Source: the human T2T-CHM13v2.0 reference genome, Homo sapiens
DNA: 64,000 bases
Reading direction: 5' to 3' (one strand)
NCBI RefSeq assembly: GCF_009914755.1
Contig: NC_060937.1
In this document: one piece after another, positions 1-14,400 of the stretch
Layout: the number at the start of each line of letters is the position of its first letter
Numbering within the stretch: position 1 is the first letter of the stretch
The notes under the pieces: model-generated
Databases searched by the model: none
Told to the model about the DNA's origin: nothing
The model's input: the letters and a program-made list of their open reading frames with translations, nothing else
Program-made: the position numbers and the translations under genes

Positions 1-3000
1 CTGTACAAAAAATATCAACGTACACCAAATATATATTCTATAGTGTACATAAAATATCAAAGTACCCAAACTATACATTATATACTGTACATAAAATATG
101 AAATTACATCAAACATATATTATATTAGTTACATAAAATATGAAAGTACATCAAATATAGATTATATACTGTACATAAAATACCAAAGTACCCCAAATAT
201 ATATTTTATACTGTACATGAAATATCAAAGTTCACAAACTATATATTATATACTGTACATAAAATATCAAAGTACCCAAGTTATATATTCTATACTGTAC
301 AAAAAATATCAAAGTACCCAAACCATGTATTATATACTGTACATAAAATATGAAAGTACATCAAATATATATTTTATTCTGTACATAAAATATCAAAGTA
401 CACCAAATATATATTCTATAGAGTACATAAAATATTAAAGTACAAAAACTATACAATATATACTGTTCATAAAATATGAAATTACATCAAATATATATTA
501 TATTAGGTACATAAAATATGAAAGTACATCAAATATAGATTATATACTGTACATAAAATACCAAAGTACCCCAAATATATATTTTATACTGTACATGAAA
601 TATCCAAGTTCACAAACTATATATTATATACTGTACATAAAATATCAAAATACCCAAGGTATATATTTTATACTGTACAAAAAATATCAAAGTACCGAAA
701 GCATGTATTATATACTGTACATAAAATATGAAAGTACATGAAATATATATTTTATTCTGTACAAAAAATATCAAAGTACACCAAATATATATTCTATAGT
801 GTACATAAAATATCAAAGTACCCAAACTATACATTATATACTGTACATAAAATATGAAATTACATCAAACATATATTATATTAGTTACATAAAATATGAA
901 AGTACATCAAATATAGATTATATACTGTACATAAAATACCAAAGTACCCCAAATATATATTTTATACTGTACATGAAATATCAAAGTTCACAAACTATAT
1001 AATATATACTGTACATAAAATATCAAAGTACCCAAGTTATATATTCTATACTGTACAAAAAATATCAAAGTACCCACACCATGTATTATATACTGTACAT
1101 AAAATATGAAAGTACATCAAATATATATTTTATTCTGTACATAAAATATCAAAGTACACCAAATATATATTCTATAGTGTACATAAAATATTAAAGTACA
1201 AAAACTATACAATATATACTGTTCATAAAATATGAAATTACATCAAATATATATTATATTAGGTACATAAAATATGAAAGTACATCAAATATAGATTATA
1301 TACTGTACATAAAATACCAAAGTACCCCAAATATATATTTTATACTGTACATGAAATATCGAAGTTCACAAACTATATATTATATACTGTACATAAAATA
1401 TCAAAGTACCCAAGGTATATATTTTATACTGTACAAAAAATATCAAAGTACCGAAAGCATGTATTATATACTGTACATAAAATATGAAAGTACATGAAAT
1501 ATATATTTTACTCTGTACAAAAAATATCAACGTACACCAAATATATATTCTATAGTGTACATAAAATATCAAAGTACCCAAACTATACATTATATACTGT
1601 ACATAAAATATGAAATTACATCAAACATATATTATATTAGTTACATAAAATATGAAAGTACATCAAATATAGATTATATACTGTACATAAAATACCAAAG
1701 TACCCCAAATATATATTTTATACTGTACATGAAATATCAAAGTTCACAAACTATATATTATATACTGTACATAAAATATCAAAGTACCCAAGTTATATAT
1801 TCTATACTGTACAAAAAATATCAAAGTACCCAAACCATGTATTATATACTGTACATAAAATATGAAAGTACATCAAATATATATTTTATTCTGTACATAA
1901 AATATCAAAGTACACCAAATATATATTCTATAGTGTACATAAAATATTAAACTACAAAAACTATACAATATATACTGTTCATAAAATATGAAATTACATC
2001 AAATATATATTATATTAGGTACATAAAATATTAAAGTACATCAAATATAGATTATATACTGTACATAAAATACCATAGTACCCCAAATATATATTTTATA
2101 CTGTACATGAAATATCCAAGTTCACAAACTATATATTATATACTGTACATAAAATATCAAAGTACCCAAGGTATATATTTTATACTGTACAAAAAATATC
2201 AAAGTACCGAAAGCATGTATTATATACTGTACATAAAATATGAAAGTACATGAAATATATATTTTATTCTGTACAAAAAATATCAAAGTACACCAAATAT
2301 ATATTCTATAGTGTACATAAAATATCAAAGTACCCAAACTATACGTTACATACTGTACATAAAATGTGAAATTACATCAAATATATATTATATTAGGTAC
2401 ATAAAATATGAAAGTACATCAAATATAGATTATATACTGTACATAAAATACCAAAGTACCCCAAATATATATTTTATAGTGTACATGCAATATCAAAGTT
2501 CACAAACTATATATAATATACTGTACATAAAATATGAATGTACCCAAGGTATATATTCTATACTGTACAAACAGTATCAAAGTACCCAAACCATGTATTA
2601 TATACTGTACATAAAATATGAAAGTACATCAAATATATATTTTATTCTGTACATAAAATATCAAAGTACACCAAATATATATTCTATAGTGTACATAAAA
2701 TATTAAAGTACAAAAACTATACAATATATACTGTTCATAAAATATGAAATTACATCAAATATATATTATATTAGGTACATAAAATATTAAAGTACATCAA
2801 ATATGGATTATATACTGTACATAAAATACCATAGTACCCCAAATATATATTTTATACTGTACATGAAATTTCCAAGTTCACAAACTATATATTATATACT
2901 GTACATAAAATATCAAAGTACCCAAAGTATATATTTTATACTGTACAAAAAATATCAAAGTACCGAAAACATGTATTATATACTGTACATAAAATATGAA

Positions 3001-5690
3001 AGTACATGAAATATATATTTTATACTGTACATAAAATATCAAAGTACACCAAATATATATTCTATAGTGTACATAAAATATCAAAGTACCCAAACTATAC
3101 GTTACATACTGTACATAAAATATGAAATTACATCAAATATATATTATATTAGGTACATAAAATATGAAAGTACATCAAATATAGATTATATACTGTACAT
3201 AAAATACCAAAGTACCCCAAATATATATTTTATACTCTACATGAAATATCAAAGTTCACAAACTATATATTATATACTGTACATAAAATATGAATGTACC
3301 CAAGGTATATATTCTATACTGTACAAACAGTATCAAAGTACCCAAACCATGTATTATATACTGTACATAAAATATGAAAGTGCATCAAATATATATTTTA
3401 TTCTGTACATAAAATATCAAAGTACACCAAATATATATTCTATAGTGTACATAAAATATTAAAGTACAAAAACTATACAATATATACTGTTCATAAAATA
3501 TGAAATTACATCAAATATATATTATATTAGGTACATAAAATATGAAAGTACATCAAATATAGATTATATACTGTACATAAAATACCAAAGTACCCCAAAT
3601 ATATATTTTATACTGTACATGAAATATCGAAGTTCACAAACTATATATTATATACTGTACATAAAATATCAAAGTACCCAAGGTATATATTTTATACTGT
3701 ACAAAAAATATCAAAGTACCGAAAGCATGTATTATATACTGTACATAAAATATGAAAGTACATGAAATATATATTTTACTCTGTACAAAAAATATCAACG
3801 TACACCAAATATATATTCTATAGTGTACATAAAATATCAAAGTACCCAAACTATACATTATATACTGTACATAAAATATGAAATTACATCAAACATATAT
3901 TATATTAGTTACATAAAATATGAAAGTACATCAAATATAGATTATATACTGTACATAAAATACCAAAGTACCCCAAATATATATTTTATACTGTACATGA
4001 AATATCAAAGTTCACAAACTATATATTATATACTGTACATAAAATATCAAAGTACCCAAGTTATATATTCTATACTGTACAAAAAATATCAAAGTACCCA
4101 AACCATGTATTATATACTGTACATAAAATATGAAAGTACATCAAATATATATTTTATTCTGTACATAAAATATCAAACTACACCAAATATATATTCTATA
4201 GTGTACATAAAATATTAAACTACAAAAACTATACAATATATACTGTTCATAAAATATGAAATTACATCAAATATATATTATATTAGGTACATAAAATATT
4301 AAAGTACATCAAATATAGATTATATACTGTACATAAAATACCATAGTACCCCAAATATATATTTTATACTGTACATGAAATATCCAAGTTCACAAACTAT
4401 ATATTATATACTGTACATAAAATATCAAAGTACCCAAGATATATATTTTATACTGTACAAAAAATATCAAAGTACCGAAAGCATGTATTATATACTGTAC
4501 ATAAAATATGAAAGTACATGAAATATATATTTTATTCTGTACAAAAAATATCAAAGTACACCAAATATATATTCTATAGTGTACATAAAATATAAAAGTA
4601 CCCAAACTATACGTTACATACTGTACATAAAATGTGAAATTACATCAAATATATATTATATTAGGTACATAAAATATGAAAGTACATCAAATATAGATTA
4701 TATACTGTACATAAAATACCAAAGTACCCCAAATATATATTTTATAGTGTACATGCAATATCAAAGTTCACAAACTATATATTATATACTGTACATAAAA
4801 TATGAATGTACCCAAGGTATATATTCTATACTGTACAAACAGTATCAAAGTACCCAAACCATGTATTATATACTGTACATAAAATATGAAAGTACATCAA
4901 ATATATATTTTATTCTGTACATAAAATATCAAAGTACACCAAATATATATTCTATAGTGTACATAAAATATTAAAGTACAAAAACTATACAATATATACT
5001 GTTCATAAAATATGAAATTACATCAAATATATATTATATTAGGTACATAAAATATTAAAGTACATCAAATATAGATTATATACTGTACATAAAATACCAT
5101 AGTACCCCAAATATATATTTTATACTGTACATGAAATATCCAAGTTCACAAACTATATATTATATACTGTACATAAAATATCAAAGTACCCAAGGTATAT
5201 ATTTTATACTGTACAAAAAATATCAAAGTACCGAAAACATGTATTATATACTGTACATAAAATATGAAAGTACATGAAATATATATTTTATACTGTACAT
5301 AAAATATCAAAGTACACCAAATATATATTCTATAGTGTACATAAAATATCAAAGTACCCAAACTATACGTTACATACTGTACATAAAATATGAAATTACA
5401 TCAAATATATATTATATTAGGTACATAAAATATGAAAGTACATCAAATATAGATTATATACTGTACATAAAATACCAAAGTACCCCAAATATATATTTTA
5501 TACTCTACATGAAATATCAAAGTTCACAAACTATATATTATATACTGTACATAAAATATGAATGTACCCAAGGTATATATTCTATACTGTACAAACAGTA
5601 TCAAAGTACCCAAACCATGTATTATATACTGTACATAAAATATGAAAGCGCATCAAATATATATTTTATTCTGTACATAAAATATCAAAG
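1..5690 (+). repeat. Sub-array A: 756-bp (2x378, 18-monomer) HOR
   Basis: ORF starts at 43, 799, 1555, 2311, 3067, 3823, 4579 and 5335 are exactly 756 bp apart. The diagnostic TATTAAA(G/C)TACAAAAACTATACAAT..CTGTTC monomer and the AGTACATGAAAT variant each recur once per 756 bp. Confidence 0.9.
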
Positions 5691-8600
5691 TACACCAGAT
5701 ATATATTCTATAGTGTACATAAAATAACAAAGTACACAAACTATAAATTATATACTGTACATAAAATATGAAACTACATCAAATATATATTAGGTACATA
5801 AAATATGACAGTACATCAAATATAGATTATATACTGTACATAAAATATCAAAGTACCCCAAATATATATTATATACTCTACATGAAATATCAAAGTTCAC
5901 AACTATATATTATATACTGTACATAAAATATCAAACTACCCAAGGTATATATTCTATACTGTACAAAAAATATCAAAGTACCCAAAGCATGTATTATATA
6001 CTGTATATAAAATATGAAAGTACATTAAATATATATTTTATTCTGTACATAAAATATCAAAGTACACCAGATATATATTCTATAGTGTACATAAAATAAC
6101 AAAGTACACAAACTATAAATTATATACTGTACATAAAATATGAAATTACATCAAATATATATTAGGTACATAAAATATGAAAGTACATCAAATATAGATT
6201 ATATACTGTACATATAATATCAATGTACCCCAAATATATATTTTATACTCTACATGAAATATCAAAGTTCACAAACCATACATTATATACTGCACATAAA
6301 ATATCAAAGTACCCAAGGTATATATTCTATACTGTACAAAAAATATCAAAGTACCCAAAGCATGTATTTTATACTGTACATAAAATATGAAAGTACATCA
6401 AATATATATTTTATTCTGTACATAAAATATCAAAGTACACCAGATATATATTCTATAGTGTACATAAAATATCAAAGTACCCAAACTATACATTATATAC
6501 TGTACATAAAATATGAAATTACATCAAATATATATTAGGTACATAAAATATGAAAGTACATCAAATATAGATTATATACTGTACATAAAATATCAATGTA
6601 CCCCAAATATATATTTTATACTCTACATGAAATATCAAAGTTCACAAACCATATATTATATAATGTACATAAAATATCAAAGTTCCCAAGGTATATATTC
6701 TATACTGTACAAAAAATATCAAATTACCCAAAGCATTTATTATATACTGTACATAAAATATGAAAGTACATCAAATATATATTTTATTCTGTACATAAAA
6801 TATCAAAGTACACCAGATATATATTCTATAGTGTACATAAAATATCAAAGTACCCAAACTATACATTATACACTGTACATAAAATATGAAATTACATCAA
6901 ATATATATTATATTAGGTACATAAAATATGAAAGTACATCAAATATAGATTATATACTGTACATAAAATACCAAAGTACCCCAAATATATATTTTATACT
7001 GTACATGAAATATCAAAGTTCACACACTATATATTATATACTGTACATAAATTATCAAAGTACCCAAGGTATATATTCTATACTGTACAAAAAATATCAA
7101 AGTACCCAAAGCATGTATTATATATTGTACATAAAATATGAAAGTACATCAAATATATATTTTATTCTGTACATAAAATATCAAAGTACACCAGATATAT
7201 ATTCTATAGTGTACATAAAATATCAAAGTACCCAAACTATACATTATATACTGTACATAAAATATGAAATTACATCAAATATATATTATATTAGGTACCT
7301 AAAATATGAAAGTACATCAAATATAGATTATATACTGTACATAAAATATCAAATTACCCCAAATATATATTATATACTCTACATGAAATATCAAAGTTCA
7401 CAAACTATATATTATATACTGTACATAAAATATCAAAGTACCCAAGGTATATATTCTATACTGTACAAAAAATATCAAAGTATCCAAAGCATGTATTATA
7501 TACTGTATATAAAATATGAAAGTACATTAAATATATATTTTATTCTGTACATAAAATATCAAAGTACACCAGATATATATTCTATAGTGTACATAAAATA
7601 ACAAAGTACGCAAACTATAAATTATATACTGTACATAAAATATGAAATTACATCAAATATATATTAGGTACATAAAATATGAAAGTACATCAAATATATA
7701 TTATATTCTGTACATATAATATCAATGTACCCCAAATATATATTTTATACTCTACATGAAATATCAAAGTTCACAAACCATACATTATATACTGTACATA
7801 AAATATCAAAGTACCCAAGGTATATATTCTATACTGTACAAAAAATATCAAAGTACCCAAAGCATGTATTAAATACTGTACATAAAATATGAAAGTACAT
7901 CAAATAAATATTTTATTCTGTACATAAAATATCAAAGTACACCAGATATATATTCTATAGTGTACATAAAATATCAAAGTACCCAAACTATACATTATAT
8001 ACTGTACATAAAATATGAAATTACATCAAATATATATTATATTAGGTACATAAAATATGAAAGTACATCAAATATAGATTATACACTGTACATAAAATAT
8101 CAAAGTACCCCAAATATATATTATATACTGTACATGAAATATCAAAGTTCACAAACTATATATTATATACTGTACATAAAATATCAAAGTACCCAAGGTA
8201 TATATTCTATACTGTACAAAAAATATGAAAGTACCCAAAGCATGTATTATATACTGTATATAAAATATGAAAGTACATTAAATATATATTTTATTCTGTA
8301 CATAAAATATCAAAGTACACCAGATATATATTCTATAGTGTACATAAAATAACAAAGTACGCAAACTATAAATTATATACTGTACATAAAATATGAAATT
8401 ACATCAAATATATATTAGGTACATAAAATATGAAAGTACATCAAATATAGATTATATACTGTACATAAAATATCAATGTACCCCAAGTATATATTTTATA
8501 CTCTACATGAAATATCAAAGTTCACAAACCATATATTATATACTGTACATAAAATATCAAAGTACCCAAGGTATATATTCTATACTGTACAAAAAATATC

Positions 8601-11430
8601 AAAGTACCCAAAGCATGTATTATATACTGTACATAAAATATGAAAGTACATCAAATAAATATTATATTCTGTACATAAAATATCAAAGTACACCAGATAT
8701 ATATTCTATAGTGTACATAAAATATCAAAGTACCCAAACTATTGATTATATACTGTACATAAAATATGAAATTACATTAAATATATATTATATTAGGTAC
8801 ATAAAATATGAAAGTACATCAAATATAGATTATATACTGTACATGAAATACCAAAGTACCCCAAATATATATTTTATACGGTACATGAAATATCAAAGTT
8901 CACAAACTATATATTATATACTGTATATAAAATATCAAAGTACCCAAGTTATATATTCCATACTGTACAAAAAATATCAAAGTACCCAAAGCATGTATTA
9001 TATACTGTACATAAAATATGCAAGTACATCAAATATATATTTTATTCTGTACAGAAAATATCAAAGTACACCAGATATATATTCTATAGTGTACATAAAA
9101 TATCAAAGTACCCAAACTATACATTATATACTGTACATAAAATATGAAATTACATCAAATTTATATTAGGTACATAAAATATGAAAGTACATCAAATATA
9201 GATTATATACTGTACATAAAATATCAAAGTACCCCAAATATATATTATATACTCTACATGAAATATCAAAGTTCACAAACTATATATTATATACTGTACA
9301 TAAAATATCAAAGTACCCAAGGTATATATTCTATACTGTACAAAAAATATCAACGTACCCAAAGCATGTATTATATACTCTATATAAAATATGAAAGTAC
9401 ATCACATATATATTTTATTCTGTACATAAAATATCAAAGTACACCAGATATATATTCTATAGTGTACATAAAATAACAAAGTACAAAAACTATAAATTAT
9501 ATGCTGTACATAAAATATGAAATTACATCAAATATATATTAGGTACATAAAATATGAAAGTACATCAAATATAGATTATATACTGTATATAAAATATCAA
9601 TGTACCCCAAATATATATTTTATACTCTACATGAAATATCAAAGTTCACAAACCATATATTATATACTGTACATAAAATATTAAAGTACCCAAGGTATAT
9701 ATTCTATACTGTACAAAAAATATCAAAGTACCCAAAGCATGTATTATATACTGTACATAAAATATGAAAGTACATCAAATATATATTTTATTCTGTACAT
9801 AAAATATCAAAGTACACCAGATATATATTCTATAGTGTACATAAAATATCAAAGTACCCAAACTATACATTATATACTGTACATAAAATATGAAATTACA
9901 TCAAATATATATTATATTAGGTACATAAAATATGAAAGCACATCAAATATAGATTATATACTGTACATAAAATACCAAAGTACCCAAAATATATATTTTA
10001 TACTGTACATCAAATATCAAAGTTCACAAACTATATATTATATACTGTACATAAAATATCAAAGTACCCATGGTATATATTCTACACTGTACAAAAAATA
10101 TCAAAGTACCCAAAGCATGTATTATATACTGTATATAAAATATGAAAGTACATCACATATATATTTTATTCTGTACATAAAATATCAAAGTACACCAGAT
10201 ATATATTCTATAGTGTACATAAAATAACAAAGTTCAAAAACTATAAATTATATGCTGTACATAAAATATGAAATTACATCAAATATATATTAGGTACATA
10301 AAATATGAAAGTACATCAAATATAGATTATATACTGTACATAAAATATCAATGTACCCCAAATATATATTTTATACTCTACATGAAATATGAAAGTTCAC
10401 AAACCATATATTATATACTGTACATAAAATATCAAAGTACCCAAGGTATATATTCTATACTGTACAAAAAATATCAAAGTACACAAAGCATGTATTATAT
10501 ATTTACATAAAATATGAAACTACATCAAATATATATTTTATTCTGTACATAAAATATGAAAGTACACCAGATATATATTCTATAGTGTACATAAAATATC
10601 AACGTACCCAAACTATACATTATATACTGTACATAAAATATGAAATTACATCAAATATATATTATATTAGGTACATAAAATATGAAAGCACATTAAATAT
10701 AGATTATATACTGTACTTTAAATACCAAAGTACACCAAATATATATTTTATACTGTACATCAAATATCAAAGTTCACGAACTATATATTATATACTGTAC
10801 ATAAAATATCAAAGTACCAATGGTATATATTCTATACTGTACAAAAAATATCAAAGTACCCAAAGCATGTATTATATACTGTACATAAAATATGAAAGTA
10901 CATCAAATATATATTTTATTCTGTACATAAAATATCAAAGTACACCAGATATATATTCTATAGTGTACATAAAATATCAACGTACCCAAACTATACATTA
11001 TATACTGTACATAAAATATGAAATTACATCAAATATATATTATATTAGGTACATAAAATATGAAAGTACATCAAATATAGATTATATACTGTACATAAAA
11101 TATCAAAGTACCCCAAATATATATTATATACTCTACATGAAATATCAAAGTTCACAAACTATATATTATATACTGTACATAAAATATCAAAGTACCCAAG
11201 GTATATATTCTATACTGTACAAAAAATATCAAAGTATCCAAAGCATGTATTATATACTGTATATAAAATATGAAAGTACATTAAATATATATTTTATTCT
11301 GTACATAAAATATCAAAGTACACCAGATATATATTCTATAGTGTACATAAAATAACAAAGTACGCAAACTATAAATTATATACTGTACATAAAATATGAA
11401 ATTACATCAAATATATATTAGGTACATAAA
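5691..11430 (+). repeat. Sub-array B: CCAGAT-marked domain of mixed 373- and 378-bp units
   Basis: M9 variant ACACCAGAT in 16 consecutive units (5695, 6067, 6440, 6813, 7191, 7569, 7942, 8320, 8693, 9071, 9444, 9817, 10195, 10567, 10945, 11323). Spacing is 372/373/378 because of a 5-bp deletion in M2 (ATATATATTAGGTAC). Confidence 0.88.
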
Positions 11431-14400
11431 ATATGAAAATACATCCAATATAGATTATATACTGTACATAAAATACCAAAGTACCCCAAATATATATTTT
11501 ATACTGTACATGAAATATCAAATTCACAAGCTATATATTATATACTGTACATAAAATATCAAAGTACCCTAGGTATATATTCTATACTGTACAAAAAATA
11601 TCAAAGTACCCAAAGCATGTATTATATACTGTACATAAAATATGAAATTACATCAAATATATATTTTATTCTGTACATAAAATATCAAAGTAAACCAAAT
11701 ATATATTCTATACTGTATATAAAATATCAAAGTACCCATACTATACATTATATACTGTAAATAAAATATGAAATTACATCAAATATATATTATATTAGGT
11801 ACATAAAATATGAAAGTACATCAAATATATATTATATACTGTACATAAAATACCAAAGTACCCCAAATATATATTTTATACTGTACATGAAATATCAAAC
11901 TTCAGAAACTATATATTATATACTGTACATAAAATATCAAAGTACTGAAAGTATATATTCTATACTGTACAAAAAATATCAAAGTACCCAAAGCATGTAT
12001 TATATACTGTACATGAAATATGAAAGTACATCAAATATATATTTTATTCTGTACATAAAATATCAAAGTACACCAAATATATATTCTTTACTGTACATAA
12101 AATATCAAAGTACCCAAACTATACATTATATACTTTACATAAAATATGAAATTACATCAAATATATATTATATTAGGTACATAAAATATGAAAGTACATC
12201 AAATATAGATTATATACTGTACATAAAATACCAAAGTACCCCAAATATATATTTTATACTGTACATGAAATATCAAAGTTCACAAACTATATATTATATA
12301 CTGTACATAAAATATCAAAGTACTCAAGGTATATATTCTATACTGTACAAAAAATATCAAAGTACCCAAAGCATGTATTATATACTGTACATAAAATATG
12401 AAAGTACATGAAATATATATTTTATTGTGTACAAAAAATATCAAAGTACACCAAATATATATTCTATACTGTACATGAAATATCAAAGTACCCAAACTAT
12501 ACATTATATACTGTACATAAAATATGAAATTACATCAAATATATATTAGTTACATAAAAAATGAAAGTAGATCAAATATAGATTATATCCTGTACATAAA
12601 ATACCAAAGTACCCCAAATAAATATTTTATACTGTACATGAAATATCAAAGTTCACAAACTATATATTATATACTGCACATAAAATATCAAATCACCCAA
12701 GGTATATATTCTATACTGTACAAAAAATATCAAAGTACCCAAACCATGTATTATATAAGGTACATAAAACATGAAAGTACATCAAAAATAGATTATATAC
12801 TGTACATAAAATACCAAAGTACCCCAAATATATATTTTATATTGTACATGAAATATCAAAGTTCTCAAACTATATATTATATACTGTACATAAAATATCA
12901 AAGTACCCAAAGTATCTATTCTATACTGTACAAAAAATATCAAACTACCCAAAGCATGTATTATATACTGTACATAAAATATGAAAGTACATCAAATATA
13001 TATTTTATTCTGTACATAAAATATCAAAGTACACCAAATATATGTTCTATACTGTACATAAAATATCAAAGTACCCATACTATACATTATATACTGTACA
13101 TAAAATATGAAATTACATCAAATATATATTATATTAGGTACAGAAAATATGAAAATGCATCAAATATAGATTATATACTGTACATAAAATACCAAAGTAC
13201 CCCAAATATATATTTTATACTGTACATGAAATATCAAAGTTCACAAACTATATATTATATACTGCACATAAATTATCAAATCACCCAAGGTATATATTCT
13301 ATACTGTACAAAAAATATCAAAGTACCCAAAGCATGTATTATATACTGTACATAAAATATGAAAGTACATCAAATATATATTTTATTTTGTACATAAAAT
13401 ATTAAAGTACACCAAATATATATTCTATAGTGTATATAAAATATCAAAGTACCCAAACTATACATTATATACTGTACATAAAATATGAAATTACATCAAA
13501 TATATATTATATTAGGTACATAAAATATGAAAGTACATCAAATATAGATTATATACTGTACATAAAATACCAAAGTACCCCAAATATATATATTATATTG
13601 TACATGAAATATCAAAGTTCACAAACTATATATTATATACTGTACATAAAATATCAAAGTACCCAAGGTATATATTCTATACTGTACAAAAAATATCAAA
13701 GTACCCAAAGCATGTATTATATACTGTACATAAAACATGAAAGTACATGAAATATATATTTTATTGTGTACAAAAAATATCAAAGTACACCAAATATATA
13801 TTCTATACTGTACATAAAATATCAAAGTACCCAAACTATACATTATATACTGTACATAAAATATGAAATTACATCAAATATATATTATATTAGGTACATA
13901 AAATATGAAAGTACATCAAATATAGATTATATACTCTACATAAAATATCAAAGTACCCCAAATATATATAATATACTGTACATGAAATATCAAAGTTCAC
14001 AAACTATATATTATATACTGTACATAAAATATGAATGTACCCAAGGTATATATTCTATACTATACAAAAAGTATCAAAGTACCCAAATCATGTATTATAT
14101 ACTGTACATAAAATATGAAAGTGCATCAAATATATATTTTATTCTGTACATAAAATATCAAAGTACACCAAATATATATTCTATACTGTACATAAAATAT
14201 CAAAGTACCCAAACTATACATTATATACAGTACATAAAATATGAAATTACATCAAATATATATTAGTTACATAAAATATGAAAGTACATCAAATATAGAT
14301 TATATCCTGTACATAAAATACCAAAGTTCCCCAAATAAATATTTTATACTGTACATGAAATATCAAAGTTCACAAACTATATATTATATAATGCACATAA

